This document shows, one piece after another, positions 19,411 through 28,432 of a stretch of DNA of 64,000 nucleotides (the stretch's first letter is position 1; each line of letters starts with the position of its first letter). The notes under the pieces were generated by a model. The model was not told the origin of the DNA, did not search any database, and worked only from the letters and a program-made list of their open reading frames with translations. A program made the translations under genes and the position numbers. This DNA comes from Candidatus Niyogibacteria bacterium (GTDB lineage Bacteria > Patescibacteriota > Minisyncoccia > HO2-45-28): NCBI GenBank assembly GCA_016432485.1, contig CP066691.1, positions 153,294 through 217,293 on the forward strand, in the 5' to 3' direction.

Positions 19411-19656
19411 CTACTTCCTGTGACACTTCTTATAATAATTGCCACGCGGATCGCCCAAATATTTGAATCGTGGCATCTTTTTACCATCAACTTCTACTTC
19501 CTCCAAAAACATTTTAAGCGGCCGCGCCCATAAGTCGAAATTTCCGTATAATGCTCGATAAATCACTAATTCTTCCAGCGTTTCGCTGTGCCGCGCAGTA
19601 CCTATAACCTCGTACTCTTTTCCTTTATAGTGCCTATATTTTCCTAACTTAATCAT
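19411..19656 (-). CDS. DUF1653 family small protein.
   Basis: 81 aa. [25 protein letters not shown] core. The C-terminal 15 aa (..[10 protein letters not shown]) are encoded by a copy of the secA-tail element. Confidence 0.6.
   Translation of the reverse strand: MIKLGKYRHYKGKEYEVIGTARHSETLEELVIYRALYGNFDLWARPLKMFLEEVEVDGKKMPRFKYLGDPRGNYYKKCHRK
19414..19452 (-). repeat. secA-3'-end-like junction element, copy A' (GATCCGCGTGGCAATTATTATAAGAAGTGTCACAGG in transcript orientation). It forms the 3' end of the DUF1653 CDS.
   Basis: Alignable to the authentic secA terminus and to copy A. Confidence 0.6.
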
Positions 19657-19704
19657 ATTATTTCCCGTGACACCTTCGCTTTTTATTACCTAACCCACGC
19701 GGAT
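19657..19704 (-). repeat. secA-3'-end-like junction element, copy A (ATCCGCGTGGGTTAGGTAATAAAAAGCGAAGGTGTCACGGGAAAT). It lies between the P-loop kinase stop and the DUF1653 start.
   Basis: Shares CCGCGTGG...AAGTGTCAYGG with the other copies. Confidence 0.6.
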
Positions 19705-20214
19705 TTATTGTTTAATTTCTTTGAAAATCTCATCTGGCGACTTACCCGTGGCATCTATAATTTCTATACCTAATTCCCTTGCTTTCTGCTCGATTTCTTC
19801 GGCGTACTTTAGGGCATTCTCAAGCTGATAATCAGTCCGTCCCATCGGATTTTCTCTTGATTCATGGCGAAGATTCTCTGTAAGTACTTGTCGCTCTACT
19901 TTCAGAAAATACACCTTATCGAATAAATCGGTAACATTAAATACATTTCCCGATAATCCGAATAAATATATCTCGTCTTGCTTCCTTAGATAATCTTTCA
20001 GAAATTCCTTGTTCCAAAGAAATTCATGATTATTCAGAAATTCCTTATCGGCGTCTTCCGGATATTCAACTTCTTTTCCATCGTTATCGAACCAACTAGA
20101 TAAATCGAGAACTAAATCAGCATCAATAGCGTTAATCCCGCCCTTTCGTAACTCCGCCGAAATATACGTCTTTCCTGAGCCAGATGGACCAATTATTAGG
20201 ATTTTCTTTTTCAT
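19705..20214 (-). CDS. P-loop NTPase, small kinase-like (adenylate/shikimate-kinase fold).
   Basis: 169 aa. Walker A GPSGSGKT at the N-terminus. Confidence 0.5.
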   Translation of the reverse strand: MKKKILIIGPSGSGKTYISAELRKGGINAIDADLVLDLSSWFDNDGKEVEYPEDADKEFLNNHEFLWNKEFLKDYLRKQDEIYLFGLSGNVFNVTDLFDKVYFLKVERQVLTENLRHESRENPMGRTDYQLENALKYAEEIEQKARELGIEIIDATGKSPDEIFKEIKQ

Positions 20215-20416
20215 AAATATGCTCTTACGCTCCGTGACATCTTTTATATCCCAGCACTAGAACCTTACGGTTCAGTGCGGGACTGCGCTCGCGCAAGGTC
20301 GCTAATTGTATTCGCTTCGCTTGTTTCTTTCCCCTACAGACCTTTTCCATGGCAATGTTTAAATTTTTTTGGACGGCCGTCGACATTGGTCGCTCCGCAC
20401 GGGCAGGGGTCGTTGT
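20215..20416 (-). repeat. Composite junction element B. Its left half AACGACCCCTGCCCGTGCGGAGCGACC and right half AAAGATGTCACGGAGCGTAAGAG match the two halves of the secA terminus. They are separated by a GC-rich insert of about 150 nt.
   Basis: Direct comparison with 22087-22150. The plus-strand ORFs 20275..20481 and 20349..20720 lie on it and are probably spurious. Confidence 0.55.
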
Positions 20417-20611
20417 TTATTTTCTGCGAATTGGGGAGATACCGAGATCCTTGCAGATTTTTTCTGCAAGAAAATCGTTGATGTCGTTGTGGCGCGGAAC
20501 CGATGAGGTGCGTTGTGATACGGGATTAAGAAAAAGTGAGTGTTTTCTCCCTTCGCGAATCAAAAGACATTTATACTCACGCAAATATTTTAAGAGCGCA
20601 AGCCGCTTCAT
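20417..20611 (-). CDS. hicA: HicA-family mRNA interferase toxin.
   Basis: 64 aa. MKRLALLKYL..REGRKHSLF.NP...TSSVPRHNDINDFLAEKICKDLGI matches the HicA/YcfA pattern. Confidence 0.7.
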   Translation of the reverse strand: MKRLALLKYLREYKCLLIREGRKHSLFLNPVSQRTSSVPRHNDINDFLAEKICKDLGISPIRRK

Positions 20612-20616
20612 AGAAG

Positions 20617-20841
20617 CTATGCAGGAACGGCGATGCGTACTGCTTCTCGTTTGCTGTCCAACGCCTTTCCTGACGCAAGCGCGCGATTTACTTCCAAAAC
20701 CATCTGGAGTGCTTCTTTAAGATTTTCTTTAGCCTCCTTGAGCGACCGTCCTTGAGTATTAATGCCCGGAATTTCTTCAATCCACGCCACCGTCCACTTG
20801 CCGCGCTTTTGATATACCGCCGTAAATTCTCGTTTGTTCAT
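20617..20841 (-). CDS. hicB: HicB-family antitoxin.
   Basis: 74 aa. WTVAWIEEIPGINTQGRSLKEAKENLKEALQMVLE is the HicB/UPF0150 RNase-H-like fold signature. It sits immediately upstream of hicA. Confidence 0.7.
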   Translation of the reverse strand: MNKREFTAVYQKRGKWTVAWIEEIPGINTQGRSLKEAKENLKEALQMVLEVNRALASGKALDSKREAVRIAVPA

Positions 20842-20871
20842 AGTTTTAATATAACAAGATCCTTTGTTTTT

Positions 20872-20930
20872 GCAACCCTACGCTCCATGACACTTCTACA
20901 CTTTTAATACTGTCACGCAGGAGTTTTCTT
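20872..20930 (-). repeat. secA-3'-end-like junction element, copy C (GAAAACTCCTGCGTGACAGTATTAAAAGTGTAGAAGTGTCATGGAGCGTAGGG).
   Basis: Alignable over about 50 nt with the authentic secA 3' end. Confidence 0.6.
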
Positions 20931-20997
20931 TATTTTAAGGCACTTTTCTAACTTGCGAACTGTTGAATTTGCCTAAAAACAGAAAATGTCATGCGGA

Positions 20998-21672
20998 TTA
21001 CTTCTGATTAATTTCTGCTTCCTCAACGGCTATTAAATGCATTAGACGATTCAAGTAACTTTGTGCTTTCTCTTTTGATTTATCATCCGTAATTTTGCCG
21101 ATCGCGCTTTGCAGGGCAGTCTCATTAAAACACCTCTTCACTGCATCCTTCTCTATTTTCAGTGCTGGAAAATCTTCGAAGTATTTCAGCTTATCAGCCG
21201 TATCGTAAGCGAAGTTATCCGTGCCTTCATCGATAGCAATTCCTAGATTATGCAGATTCTGAATTAAATCATGTTCGTCATAATATTGGCGTTCCCTTGC
21301 TTGCTTTTCTAATTCTCGGAGTCGTCTTTCGTCCTCGTCTGACCATTCTGCTTTTACATAAATTTTTTGTAGTTCTGTATAAAGGTCATCCAGCTTAACT
21401 TTCTCTCTTACTACCGCATTGGGTTGAGACGAAGATAAATGAATATCCACAATATTTTCTGGAAGCAAGATGTGTAAAATCTTTGTCAGGTAATATCTCG
21501 CTTTTACTAACCCCGGTGACTCTGGATGCTTATATGCACCCAAAACCCGCTCAGGATGGTGACGACTTTGATAAACTTTCTTTTCCGCCCCCTCTCCTAT
21601 AGGTTCATGTGCATCAGAAATTAATTGTTCCCAGTTTTTCTTCATAGATATCCTAATTTTATCATCTCTCAT
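20998..21672 (-). CDS. Hypothetical protein of about 224 aa with an acidic coiled-coil C-terminal half.
   Basis: The ORF track start at 21684 is a GTG created by the junction element. The first ATG is at 21672. No recognisable domain. Confidence 0.5.
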   Translation of the reverse strand: MRDDKIRISMKKNWEQLISDAHEPIGEGAEKKVYQSRHHPERVLGAYKHPESPGLVKARYYLTKILHILLPENIVDIHLSSSQPNAVVREKVKLDDLYTELQKIYVKAEWSDEDERRLRELEKQARERQYYDEHDLIQNLHNLGIAIDEGTDNFAYDTADKLKYFEDFPALKIEKDAVKRCFNETALQSAIGKITDDKSKEKAQSYLNRLMHLIAVEEAEINQK

Positions 21673-21720
21673 GACCCATGACACTTCTACTGTTTACTGA
21701 CTAACCCGCAGGAGAATTTT
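21668..21720 (-). repeat. secA-3'-end-like junction element, copy D. It overlaps the Nudix stop codon and the next gene's start.
   Basis: CTCCTGCGGGTTAGTCAGTAAACAGTAGAAGTGTCATGGGTCATGAG in transcript orientation. Confidence 0.6.
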
Positions 21721-22086
21721 CAATCTATCTTTTATTTTTTCGTGCCAAAATTCGTATTTTTCAAGATCTTCTAACTTCAGCCAGTCATATTCTTGGTGTT
21801 CATGACTTAAGATAACATCAGGTGTATTTTCGACTCGACATAAGAAAGTAACAATATATGTTTCGCCGCTATCGCTCATGTCAACATTGAGAATGTCTTT
21901 CACCTCAAAATTCTCAATCCCAGTTTCTTCTTTAACTTCTCGTTTTAATCCTTGTAACCATCCTTCATCTTCTAATCTACCTCCTGGCAACATCCATTTA
22001 CCATCTTTTTGTAAAATCAGAATTTCCCCAGCATCGTTCTGGATAATCGCATTCTGATTTACTTTGAACAATTTATGATTTTCCAT
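21694..22086 (-). CDS. Nudix hydrolase.
   Basis: Nudix box GGRLEDEGWLQGLKREVKEETGI. The ORF track GTG start at 22107 lies inside the secA coding tail, so the first ATG (MENHK...) at 22086 is preferred. Confidence 0.7.
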   Translation of the reverse strand: MENHKLFKVNQNAIIQNDAGEILILQKDGKWMLPGGRLEDEGWLQGLKREVKEETGIENFEVKDILNVDMSDSGETYIVTFLCRVENTPDVILSHEHQEYDWLKLEDLEKYEFWHEKIKDRLKILLRVSQ

Positions 22087-22150
22087 GTTCCTCACGCCCC
22101 ATGACACTTTTTATATTTTTTACCAGATCCACACGGGCAGGGGTCGTTAC
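22087..22150 (-). repeat. Authentic secA 3' terminus, the prototype of the junction element. It encodes [18 protein letters not shown] plus the stop.
   Basis: AACGACCCCTGCCCGTGTGGATCTGGTAAAAAATATAAAAAGTGTCATGGGGCGTGA translates to the SecA zinc-binding tail. Confidence 0.7.
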
Positions 22151-24662
22151 GGCCCACTTTTCCAAATTGGCCCACGCTTTTAGCGTGGTCGCCAATTTGA
22201 GAACCCGCCGTAGCCTTGGCGAAGGCGGGTGCCGCGGCTTTGCCGTGGTCGCCAATTTGTTTGCCCGCTTCATTGTGGACGGTTTCCAAAATCATCTTTT
22301 CTTGTTTCGGAGCTTCCTCGCCTATTTTAAGAGCGATATCAGCCACATGATTTTCAATGGCGTCCTCAAGTTCGTGAAAAAGGCGCGCGGCTTCATTTTT
22401 ATATTCCACCAGCGGATCGCGCTGACCGTAAGCGCGAAGTCCGACTGAAGAACGCATATATTCCATAATTTCCAGATGCTCAATCCAAAAATGATCTATG
22501 GTCTGCAGCCATAAAAATTTAAGAGATAAGGCCAGTTTATCTTTATCGGCTTCGCGCGCTTTTTGCGTAAATTTTACTTTTTCGGCTTCATCCAAAAAAA
22601 GCTCTTTAGTTCGCGCGAAAATATCTTCCGGTCCGGCAAACAATGATTCGCTTCTTTTGCGATAAATCGCCGCGCGATGCTTATTCATCACATCATCGTA
22701 TTCCAAAAGATGTTTCCGGGCGTCAAAATTAAAACCCTCCACTTTGGCCTGCGCCGATTCAAGCGACCTAGAGACCAGTTTGTTCTCAATCGCCTCGTCT
22801 TCCGGTATGCCGAAGGTCTTCATCATATTTTTAATGCGTTCCGACCCGAATATGCGCAGCAGATTATCGTCAAAAGACACGAAAAACTGGGTTTCTCCCG
22901 GATCGCCTTGTCTTCCTGAACGACCTCTTAACTGATTATCAATCCTGCGAGCGTCATGGCGTTCGGTGCCCAAGACGAACAGCCCCCCGACTTCGCGTAT
23001 TTTAGCCGCTTTCTCCGTATCAGACGGATTGCCGCCCAAAACAATGTCAACGCCGCGACCCGCCATATTGGTGGCGACGGTCACCGCGCCAACTCGTCCG
23101 GCTTGAGCGATAATCTCTCCCTCTCGTTCATGATTTTTGGCGTTTAACATCTCGTGATTAATTCCTTCTTTTTTTAAAAGCGCTGAAATGTGTTCATTTT
23201 TTTCAATTGAAGCCGTTCCGAGAAGAATCGGCTGCCCACTCTCATGCCGATTTTTTACTTCGCGAATCACCGCCTGCCATTTTCCGGATTCGGTGGCAAA
23301 AATTTTATCCGAGAGGTCTTTTCTAATCAACGGTTTATTGGTCGGGATAACCGCGACTTCCAAATTATAGACCTTGCCGAACTCTTCGGCCGAAGTAACC
23401 GCGGTTCCGGTCATTCCGGAAAGTTTTTTATAAAGCCGGAAATAATTCTGAAAAGTAATTGAAGCGACTGTCCGCGATTCTTTTTGAATCGGCGCTCTTT
23501 CTTTGGCTTCAACGGCCTGATGCAGACCTTCTGACCAACGGCGTCCCGGCATAAGACGCCCCGTAAACTCGTCAACAATTATCACCTCGCCGTTTTTCAC
23601 CACATAATCCTTATCAAGTTTATAGAGCGCTTTAGCCCGCAGGGCCTGCTCCATATGATGGACATATTTCACTCCTCCTTCGGCATAAATATTTTTTATT
23701 CCCAGCGTCTTTTCTACCCGACTTATACCTTCTTCGGTTATGGAGGAAGCGCGCATTTTTTCATCAATCGTATAATCGCGCCCTTCCCGGAGCCCTTCAA
23801 CGACTTGGGCGAAAAGCCGGTAAAGCTCGCCCGATTCCGAATCGGGCGCCGAAATTATCAAAGGAGTGCGCGATTCGTCAATTAAAATGGAGTCCACTTC
23901 GTCAACGATGGCAAAATTATGCCCCCGCTGGCTCATTTGCTCGGGGCTATAGGCCAAATTGTCCCGCAAATAGTCAAATCCGAATTCATTGTTAGTGCCG
24001 TAAGTTATGTCGGCTCTATAGGCCTCTTTTCTTGAACACGGCCGCAGATATTCATGAACAACCTTAAACGCTCCAAGAGTATCGCGGGTTTCGTCTTTGG
24101 TTATTGTTTCTTGGTTATTGGTTATTTTTGAATTTTGAAAATTCGGGTCATAAATAAAACTTTGTTCGTGGTTGATGCACCCCACGCTCATCCCAAGCAA
24201 ATGATATATCTGCCCCATCCAAACGGCATCGCGGCGCGCCAGATAATCATTGACTGTAACAATATGCACTCCCTTTCCGGCAAGCGCGTTTAAATAGGCG
24301 GGAAGTGTGGCCACAAGGGTTTTGCCTTCTCCTGTTTTCATCTCGGCGATGCGCCCTTGATGCAAAATAATTCCGCCCAAAAGCTGAACGTCAAAATGAC
24401 GCTGCCCCAAGGTTCGTTTGGCTGATTCGCGAACGAGCGCGAAGGCATCTGCCAAAATCTCTTGAAGAGATTTTGGCAACCCCGAGCCTGTCGAGGGGCG
24501 GCTTTTTATGGCGCTTCTTAACTCCTCGGTTTTTGCGCCCAGTTCTTCGTCCGAAAGTTTTTCAAATTCCGGCTCAAGCGAATTTATTTTTGAAATCAAT
24601 GGCTTTAATTTAGCCAAAAAGCGGGCGTTGGAATCGCCTAATATTTTTGAAAAAAAAGTCAT
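22092..24662 (-). CDS. secA: Preprotein translocase ATPase SecA.
   Basis: 856 aa. DEAD-like motor motifs, preprotein cross-linking domain and a C-terminal [14 protein letters not shown] zinc finger. The tail contains an internal duplication of about 55 nt (gtggtcgccaatttg occurs twice). Confidence 0.95.
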   Translation of the reverse strand: MTFFSKILGDSNARFLAKLKPLISKINSLEPEFEKLSDEELGAKTEELRSAIKSRPSTGSGLPKSLQEILADAFALVRESAKRTLGQRHFDVQLLGGIILHQGRIAEMKTGEGKTLVATLPAYLNALAGKGVHIVTVNDYLARRDAVWMGQIYHLLGMSVGCINHEQSFIYDPNFQNSKITNNQETITKDETRDTLGAFKVVHEYLRPCSRKEAYRADITYGTNNEFGFDYLRDNLAYSPEQMSQRGHNFAIVDEVDSILIDESRTPLIISAPDSESGELYRLFAQVVEGLREGRDYTIDEKMRASSITEEGISRVEKTLGIKNIYAEGGVKYVHHMEQALRAKALYKLDKDYVVKNGEVIIVDEFTGRLMPGRRWSEGLHQAVEAKERAPIQKESRTVASITFQNYFRLYKKLSGMTGTAVTSAEEFGKVYNLEVAVIPTNKPLIRKDLSDKIFATESGKWQAVIREVKNRHESGQPILLGTASIEKNEHISALLKKEGINHEMLNAKNHEREGEIIAQAGRVGAVTVATNMAGRGVDIVLGGNPSDTEKAAKIREVGGLFVLGTERHDARRIDNQLRGRSGRQGDPGETQFFVSFDDNLLRIFGSERIKNMMKTFGIPEDEAIENKLVSRSLESAQAKVEGFNFDARKHLLEYDDVMNKHRAAIYRKRSESLFAGPEDIFARTKELFLDEAEKVKFTQKAREADKDKLALSLKFLWLQTIDHFWIEHLEIMEYMRSSVGLRAYGQRDPLVEYKNEAARLFHELEDAIENHVADIALKIGEEAPKQEKMILETVHNEAGKQIGDHGKAAAPAFAKATAGSQIGDHAKSVGQFGKVGRNDPCPCGSGKKYKKCHGA

Positions 24663-24670
24663 TTATGGGT

Positions 24671-25990
24671 TTATATAATTTTTCTTTCCTTAAGCGCGGC
24701 TCTCAATTCATCTTTAATTCTTTCGGGCAATTCGTAGCGAACGCGGGTTGACGGCTGTTTTATTTTGATAAATCGGCCAAGGTCAATGGGAGTAGCCACG
24801 ATCACCGCGTCACTTTCCGCTTTATTTAAAGTTTCTTCCAGTTCTTTGATTTGTTTTTCGCCATAGCCAAGCGCGGGCAAAACGCATTCCAGATGAGGAT
24901 ATTTGGCAAACGCTTCGCGTATTCCGCCGAGAGCGTAAGGCCGCGGGTCAACTATCCTTGAGGCCTGATATTTTTTAGCGACAACCATGCCCGCGCCGAA
25001 TTTCATATCGCCGTGCGTGACCGTAGGCCCGTCTTCAATAACGAGTACCGCTTTGCCTCTGATGATTTCCGGATTGTCCACGGTCACGATTGATTCGCTT
25101 TTTATAACGCGCGCGGACGGATTATATTTTTTGGCGTTTTCTTCAATGCGCGCCGTTCCCTCTTCATTTGACGGATCAACTTTGTTAATGAGAATGACAT
25201 TGGACATGCGGAAATTTATCTCCCCGGGGTAATAGCCGATTTCGTGTCCGGCCCTAAAGGGATCGGCAACAACTACGCTGAAATCCGGCCTAAAAAATGG
25301 CGTATCGTTATTTCCGCCGTCCCAGACGATTATATCGGCTTCTTTTTCCGCCGCTTCCAAAACGGCCCCGTAATCAACTCCCGCAAACACCACGCTTCCC
25401 CGCGCCAAATGCGGTTCGTATTCTTCCATCTCTTCAATGGTGCAATGATGTTTTTCCAAATCCTTTATTTCGGAAAATCTTTGAACCGCCTGACTCGCAA
25501 GGTCGCTATAAGGCATCGGATGCCTGACTACGGCTACTTTTTTGCCGGCTTCGCGAAGAATTTCCACGATTCTTCTCGTGGTCTGGCTTTTGCCGCATCC
25601 GGTGCGAACCGCGGTTACCGCGACTACGGGTTTTCGGCTTTCAAGCATGGTTTGCGCGGCTCCAAGCATGGAGAAAGTAGCTCCTGATGATAAAACTCGC
25701 GAGGCAAGACGCATCACATATGTATAAGAAAGGTCGCTGTAAGACAAAACGCATTCGTCAATATCTTTTTCCTTGATTATATTTTCAAGATTATTTTCAT
25801 CTTCAATAGGAATACCGCTCGGATACAATTTCCCGGATAAGCTCGCCGGATATTTTCTTCCGGCAATTCCAGGTATTTGCGAGGCCGTGAAAGCGACGAC
25901 TTCAAAAGACCCGTTATTTTTATAAACGGTGTTAAAATTATGAAAATCTCGTCCGGCGGCTCCTAAGATTAAAATTCGCCTTTTTTTCAT
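24671..25990 (-). CDS. P-loop protein resembling cyclic 2,3-diphosphoglycerate synthetase / DUF1611-type NTPase.
   Basis: 439 aa. Rossmann-like N-terminus (ILILGAAGRDFHNF) and a central P-loop VTAVRTGCGKSQTT. The assignment is from memory of family architecture. Confidence 0.35.
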   Translation of the reverse strand: MKKRRILILGAAGRDFHNFNTVYKNNGSFEVVAFTASQIPGIAGRKYPASLSGKLYPSGIPIEDENNLENIIKEKDIDECVLSYSDLSYTYVMRLASRVLSSGATFSMLGAAQTMLESRKPVVAVTAVRTGCGKSQTTRRIVEILREAGKKVAVVRHPMPYSDLASQAVQRFSEIKDLEKHHCTIEEMEEYEPHLARGSVVFAGVDYGAVLEAAEKEADIIVWDGGNNDTPFFRPDFSVVVADPFRAGHEIGYYPGEINFRMSNVILINKVDPSNEEGTARIEENAKKYNPSARVIKSESIVTVDNPEIIRGKAVLVIEDGPTVTHGDMKFGAGMVVAKKYQASRIVDPRPYALGGIREAFAKYPHLECVLPALGYGEKQIKELEETLNKAESDAVIVATPIDLGRFIKIKQPSTRVRYELPERIKDELRAALKERKII

Positions 25991-26065
25991 GTCAAATTTA
26001 ATTTTAAACTATTTTTAGGGGGAATTCAACGACAAAGAAAAAAGCCGACCCCTGAGATCGGCTTT

Positions 26066-26491
26066 CTAATCAGGAAAAATTCTAACCCTTCTCCTGAAAC
26101 TTTCGGTTTTAACTTCTTTCGGCTGAAAAATCTTTTTAAGGTATTCAATTGCTTTCTTGTTTATGGCTTTTTCACCGCAGGTAAAAATATCAACCGCGAC
26201 AAATTTAAATTCGGGCCAGGTGTGAATCGCGATGTGTGATTCCGCCAAAACCACGACAATAGTGATCGCGGCTCGTGAAAATGTATGGGAAATTGATTGT
26301 CTACCGTTTTCACGAAAACCCGGACCAATTCCGCTGTGAAAGGCGGCTGCGTTCTTTACTGTTGCCCCGGCTGCTTTTGCGGCAGCAACGGCATGCTTTC
26401 TGTAAGTTCCGGCTGTTTTAAATATTCTGCGACAACCAGAAAACTCCGCTAATGTCTCTTTACCAACATGAAGCACCTCTTCCTCGCTCAT
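26066..26491 (-). CDS. speH: S-adenosylmethionine decarboxylase proenzyme (pyruvoyl type, SpeH class).
   Basis: VVLAESHIAIHTWPE...VAVDIFTCG self-cleavage/active-site region. The start is placed at the internal ATG (MSEEEV). Confidence 0.75.
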   Translation of the reverse strand: MSEEEVLHVGKETLAEFSGCRRIFKTAGTYRKHAVAAAKAAGATVKNAAAFHSGIGPGFRENGRQSISHTFSRAAITIVVVLAESHIAIHTWPEFKFVAVDIFTCGEKAINKKAIEYLKKIFQPKEVKTESFRRRVRIFPD

Positions 26492-26583
26492 GACACGCCT
26501 CCTTCGGTAAAAATTCCGCAAAAAGTGCAACTGACAAAACTATAGGACAATACTGCGATAAATCAAGGTGTGGAAAACTTAAA

Positions 26584-27897
26584 TCAGCCATTTTTGCGCT
26601 CGGAACAAAATTCGCCCAGAACATGGAGCTTTTTTCTCGCGGAATTGCGAACGGATCCTCTTTCTAAAAATACGCTGAAAGCAACTCTCGCTCCAAAAAA
26701 TTCGCGGGCAAAATCAACAGCGACCTGCGGGTCAAAATCTTTACAGGTAAACAAATCAAGATACAGCGTGCCGTCCCAATAATTGCTTACATGCCCCACT
26801 ATGCTGGACGTTTCTATCAGCTGCACAAAAGACGGACCGGATGTTTTGGATTTTGCGTGGCCGAAATTGTAATACTGAAAACCGCCGAAACGCTTCATGT
26901 TTATTTTTTCACAAAGACGCTCCACAAACTCTTTGCATCTTTCTTCGGCATCAGTAATATCCAAATCGCATCCTTCAATTTCCATGATGAGTTCACAACC
27001 ATAAACCGTCTCAAGGCGCTTTTTTATGTAAGGAGGAAGCAGAAAGGCCGCTTGATGGATTTCAGGACTGTAATAGATTGTGTCCAGATTTCTCGCTTCA
27101 AAGCGCGATTTAATTTCTGAAAAATCCAAGTTTTGGGCCAAAGCTCCGGACTTAACCGCGATTACGAACCCGAAAAGTCCGCCCCAGTAAATTGGGATAG
27201 AAGAAATATAAAGCGACGCCTCGCCGAAAATGCTTTGGATGCACCGGAAATTTGACGGCGCTTCATCCGGCTGGAACTGCAGAGATCCGACTTGGCGCGC
27301 CACGATTCCGCCCGGCTTCAAGATACGATAAACATTTCTGATAAATCTGGCGTTAAAAAGGGGTGTGGACGGTCCTCCGGGATCGGTAGAGTCAATCAAA
27401 ACAAAATCGTAATGGTTATTGGGAACATTTTTCACAAATTCGGCGCCGTCTTCGGAATGAACATGCAACCTAGAATCTTTTTCCGCGCCTCCGGTGAATT
27501 CGGACATATGCTCAAGCGTAAGTTCTCCGACACGCCTATCAATATCAACCAAATCAAGATGTTCTACTGAAAGATGTTTAAAAACTTCACGGGCGATTTC
27601 GTAGTCCCCTCCGCCTATAATCAAACCTCTTTGCGGATTCGGATGCGATATCAAAGGAACGTGAGCCAGCATTTCGCCATATGGAGCGCTAAACTCCAGC
27701 ACGGACGATGTCTGGACAATGCCATCAAGAACGAGAATTTTTCCGAGACGCGCTGTGTCAAAAATCTGAAGATGCTGGAAAGGACTTTCTTCCTCCGTTA
27801 AAACTTTATTCACCTTAACCGCGTATTCGGCATTTCCGTGCAAATTTTCAATGAACCAAAGTTCGTCCCGTTTTTTTCCGTAGTTGATTAGGGGCAT
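26584..27897 (-). CDS. speE: Spermidine synthase fused to a C-terminal AdoMetDC-like domain.
   Basis: The N-terminal 290 aa carry the GGGDG-like LIIGGGDYEIAREV and LIDSTDPGGPS PABS motifs. The C-terminal 140 aa align to SpeH (GCELIMEIEGC...LIETSSIVGHVSNYWDG..LYLDLFTCKDF). Confidence 0.7.
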   Translation of the reverse strand: MPLINYGKKRDELWFIENLHGNAEYAVKVNKVLTEEESPFQHLQIFDTARLGKILVLDGIVQTSSVLEFSAPYGEMLAHVPLISHPNPQRGLIIGGGDYEIAREVFKHLSVEHLDLVDIDRRVGELTLEHMSEFTGGAEKDSRLHVHSEDGAEFVKNVPNNHYDFVLIDSTDPGGPSTPLFNARFIRNVYRILKPGGIVARQVGSLQFQPDEAPSNFRCIQSIFGEASLYISSIPIYWGGLFGFVIAVKSGALAQNLDFSEIKSRFEARNLDTIYYSPEIHQAAFLLPPYIKKRLETVYGCELIMEIEGCDLDITDAEERCKEFVERLCEKINMKRFGGFQYYNFGHAKSKTSGPSFVQLIETSSIVGHVSNYWDGTLYLDLFTCKDFDPQVAVDFAREFFGARVAFSVFLERGSVRNSARKKLHVLGEFCSERKNG

Positions 27898-27968
27898 TTT
27901 TCTCCTCCTTACAAAAATGAAACAACCGCTTAAAAGTATAGCATGAAATGACAGCGACGCAAGAGGAT

Positions 27969-28301
27969 TTACCCCTGAACGCGGGTTCTTTCCTTATATT
28001 TCTTTATTTCGCTTAAAATTTCGCTTTTAACTTCGTCAACGGCGGCGCGCAAACTCTCGGCTAAACTCTCGGCTCTTATCATGCTTTTTATGCCGGGTAA
28101 ATCCAATTGCGCCTCACATCGCCATATTTTTCCTTTACTATGATGTTTGGTGGTGCGCCCCAGTTCAATATCAAAAAACAAGTCGGCTTTTTTATCAATC
28201 CCGGATATTAATTTTTCAATCGGCATAACCAGTTTTTTTTCCGCCAATATTTCAATTGACGACGTCAAATCAATATTTTTGGTTTTTAAATTCACGCGCA
28301 T
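27969..28301 (-). CDS. hpf: Ribosome hibernation promoting factor / RaiA family.
   Basis: 110 aa. MRVNLKTKNIDLT..IEILAEKKL...GKIWRCEAQLDLPG is typical of HPF. Confidence 0.85.
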   Translation of the reverse strand: MRVNLKTKNIDLTSSIEILAEKKLVMPIEKLISGIDKKADLFFDIELGRTTKHHSKGKIWRCEAQLDLPGIKSMIRAESLAESLRAAVDEVKSEILSEIKKYKERTRVQG

Positions 28302-28320
28302 AATAATATTTTATTAAGAA

Positions 28321-28352
28321 AACGCCCCGATGTCCATCGGAGCGTTTTCTTC
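28321..28352 (-). terminator. Rho-independent terminator.
   Basis: aaaacgctccgatggacatcggggcgtttt palindrome immediately downstream of the Lys-rich micro-ORF. Confidence 0.55.
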
Positions 28353-28357
28353 GGCCG

Positions 28358-28432
28358 CTAACGGCGGCGTTTCTTGGCTTTTTTGGCCTTTTTTCCTTTC
28401 TTGGCCGCCTTTCTTTTCTTTTTCTTAGCCAT
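28358..28432 (-). CDS. Lys/Arg-rich micro-ORF of 24 aa (MAKKKKRKAAKKGKKAKKAKKRRR).
   Basis: ATG-initiated and followed directly by a terminator. It could be a small basic ribosome-associated peptide or just chance. The ORF track's 28270..28482 alternative is a different frame. Confidence 0.25.
   Translation of the reverse strand: MAKKKKRKAAKKGKKAKKAKKRRR

Noticed and set aside
20275-20720. Plus-strand ORFs 20275..20481 and 20349..20720.
   Set aside because: They overlap hicA and the GC-rich junction element B. They have no RBS, and the hicA/hicB calls on the opposite strand are strongly supported.
21684-22107. GTG start codons given by the ORF track for 20998..21684 and 21694..22107.
   Set aside because: Both GTGs are part of the conserved CCATGACAC junction motif. 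For the Nudix gene the GTG falls inside the secA coding tail. The first ATGs (21672 and 22086) are used instead.
19400-22150. Classical integron (intI / attI / attC with RYYYAAC-GTTRRRY cores).
   Set aside because: No integrase gene and no canonical attC cores were found. The junction elements are instead copies of the secA 3' end, so this is described as a distinct cassette array.
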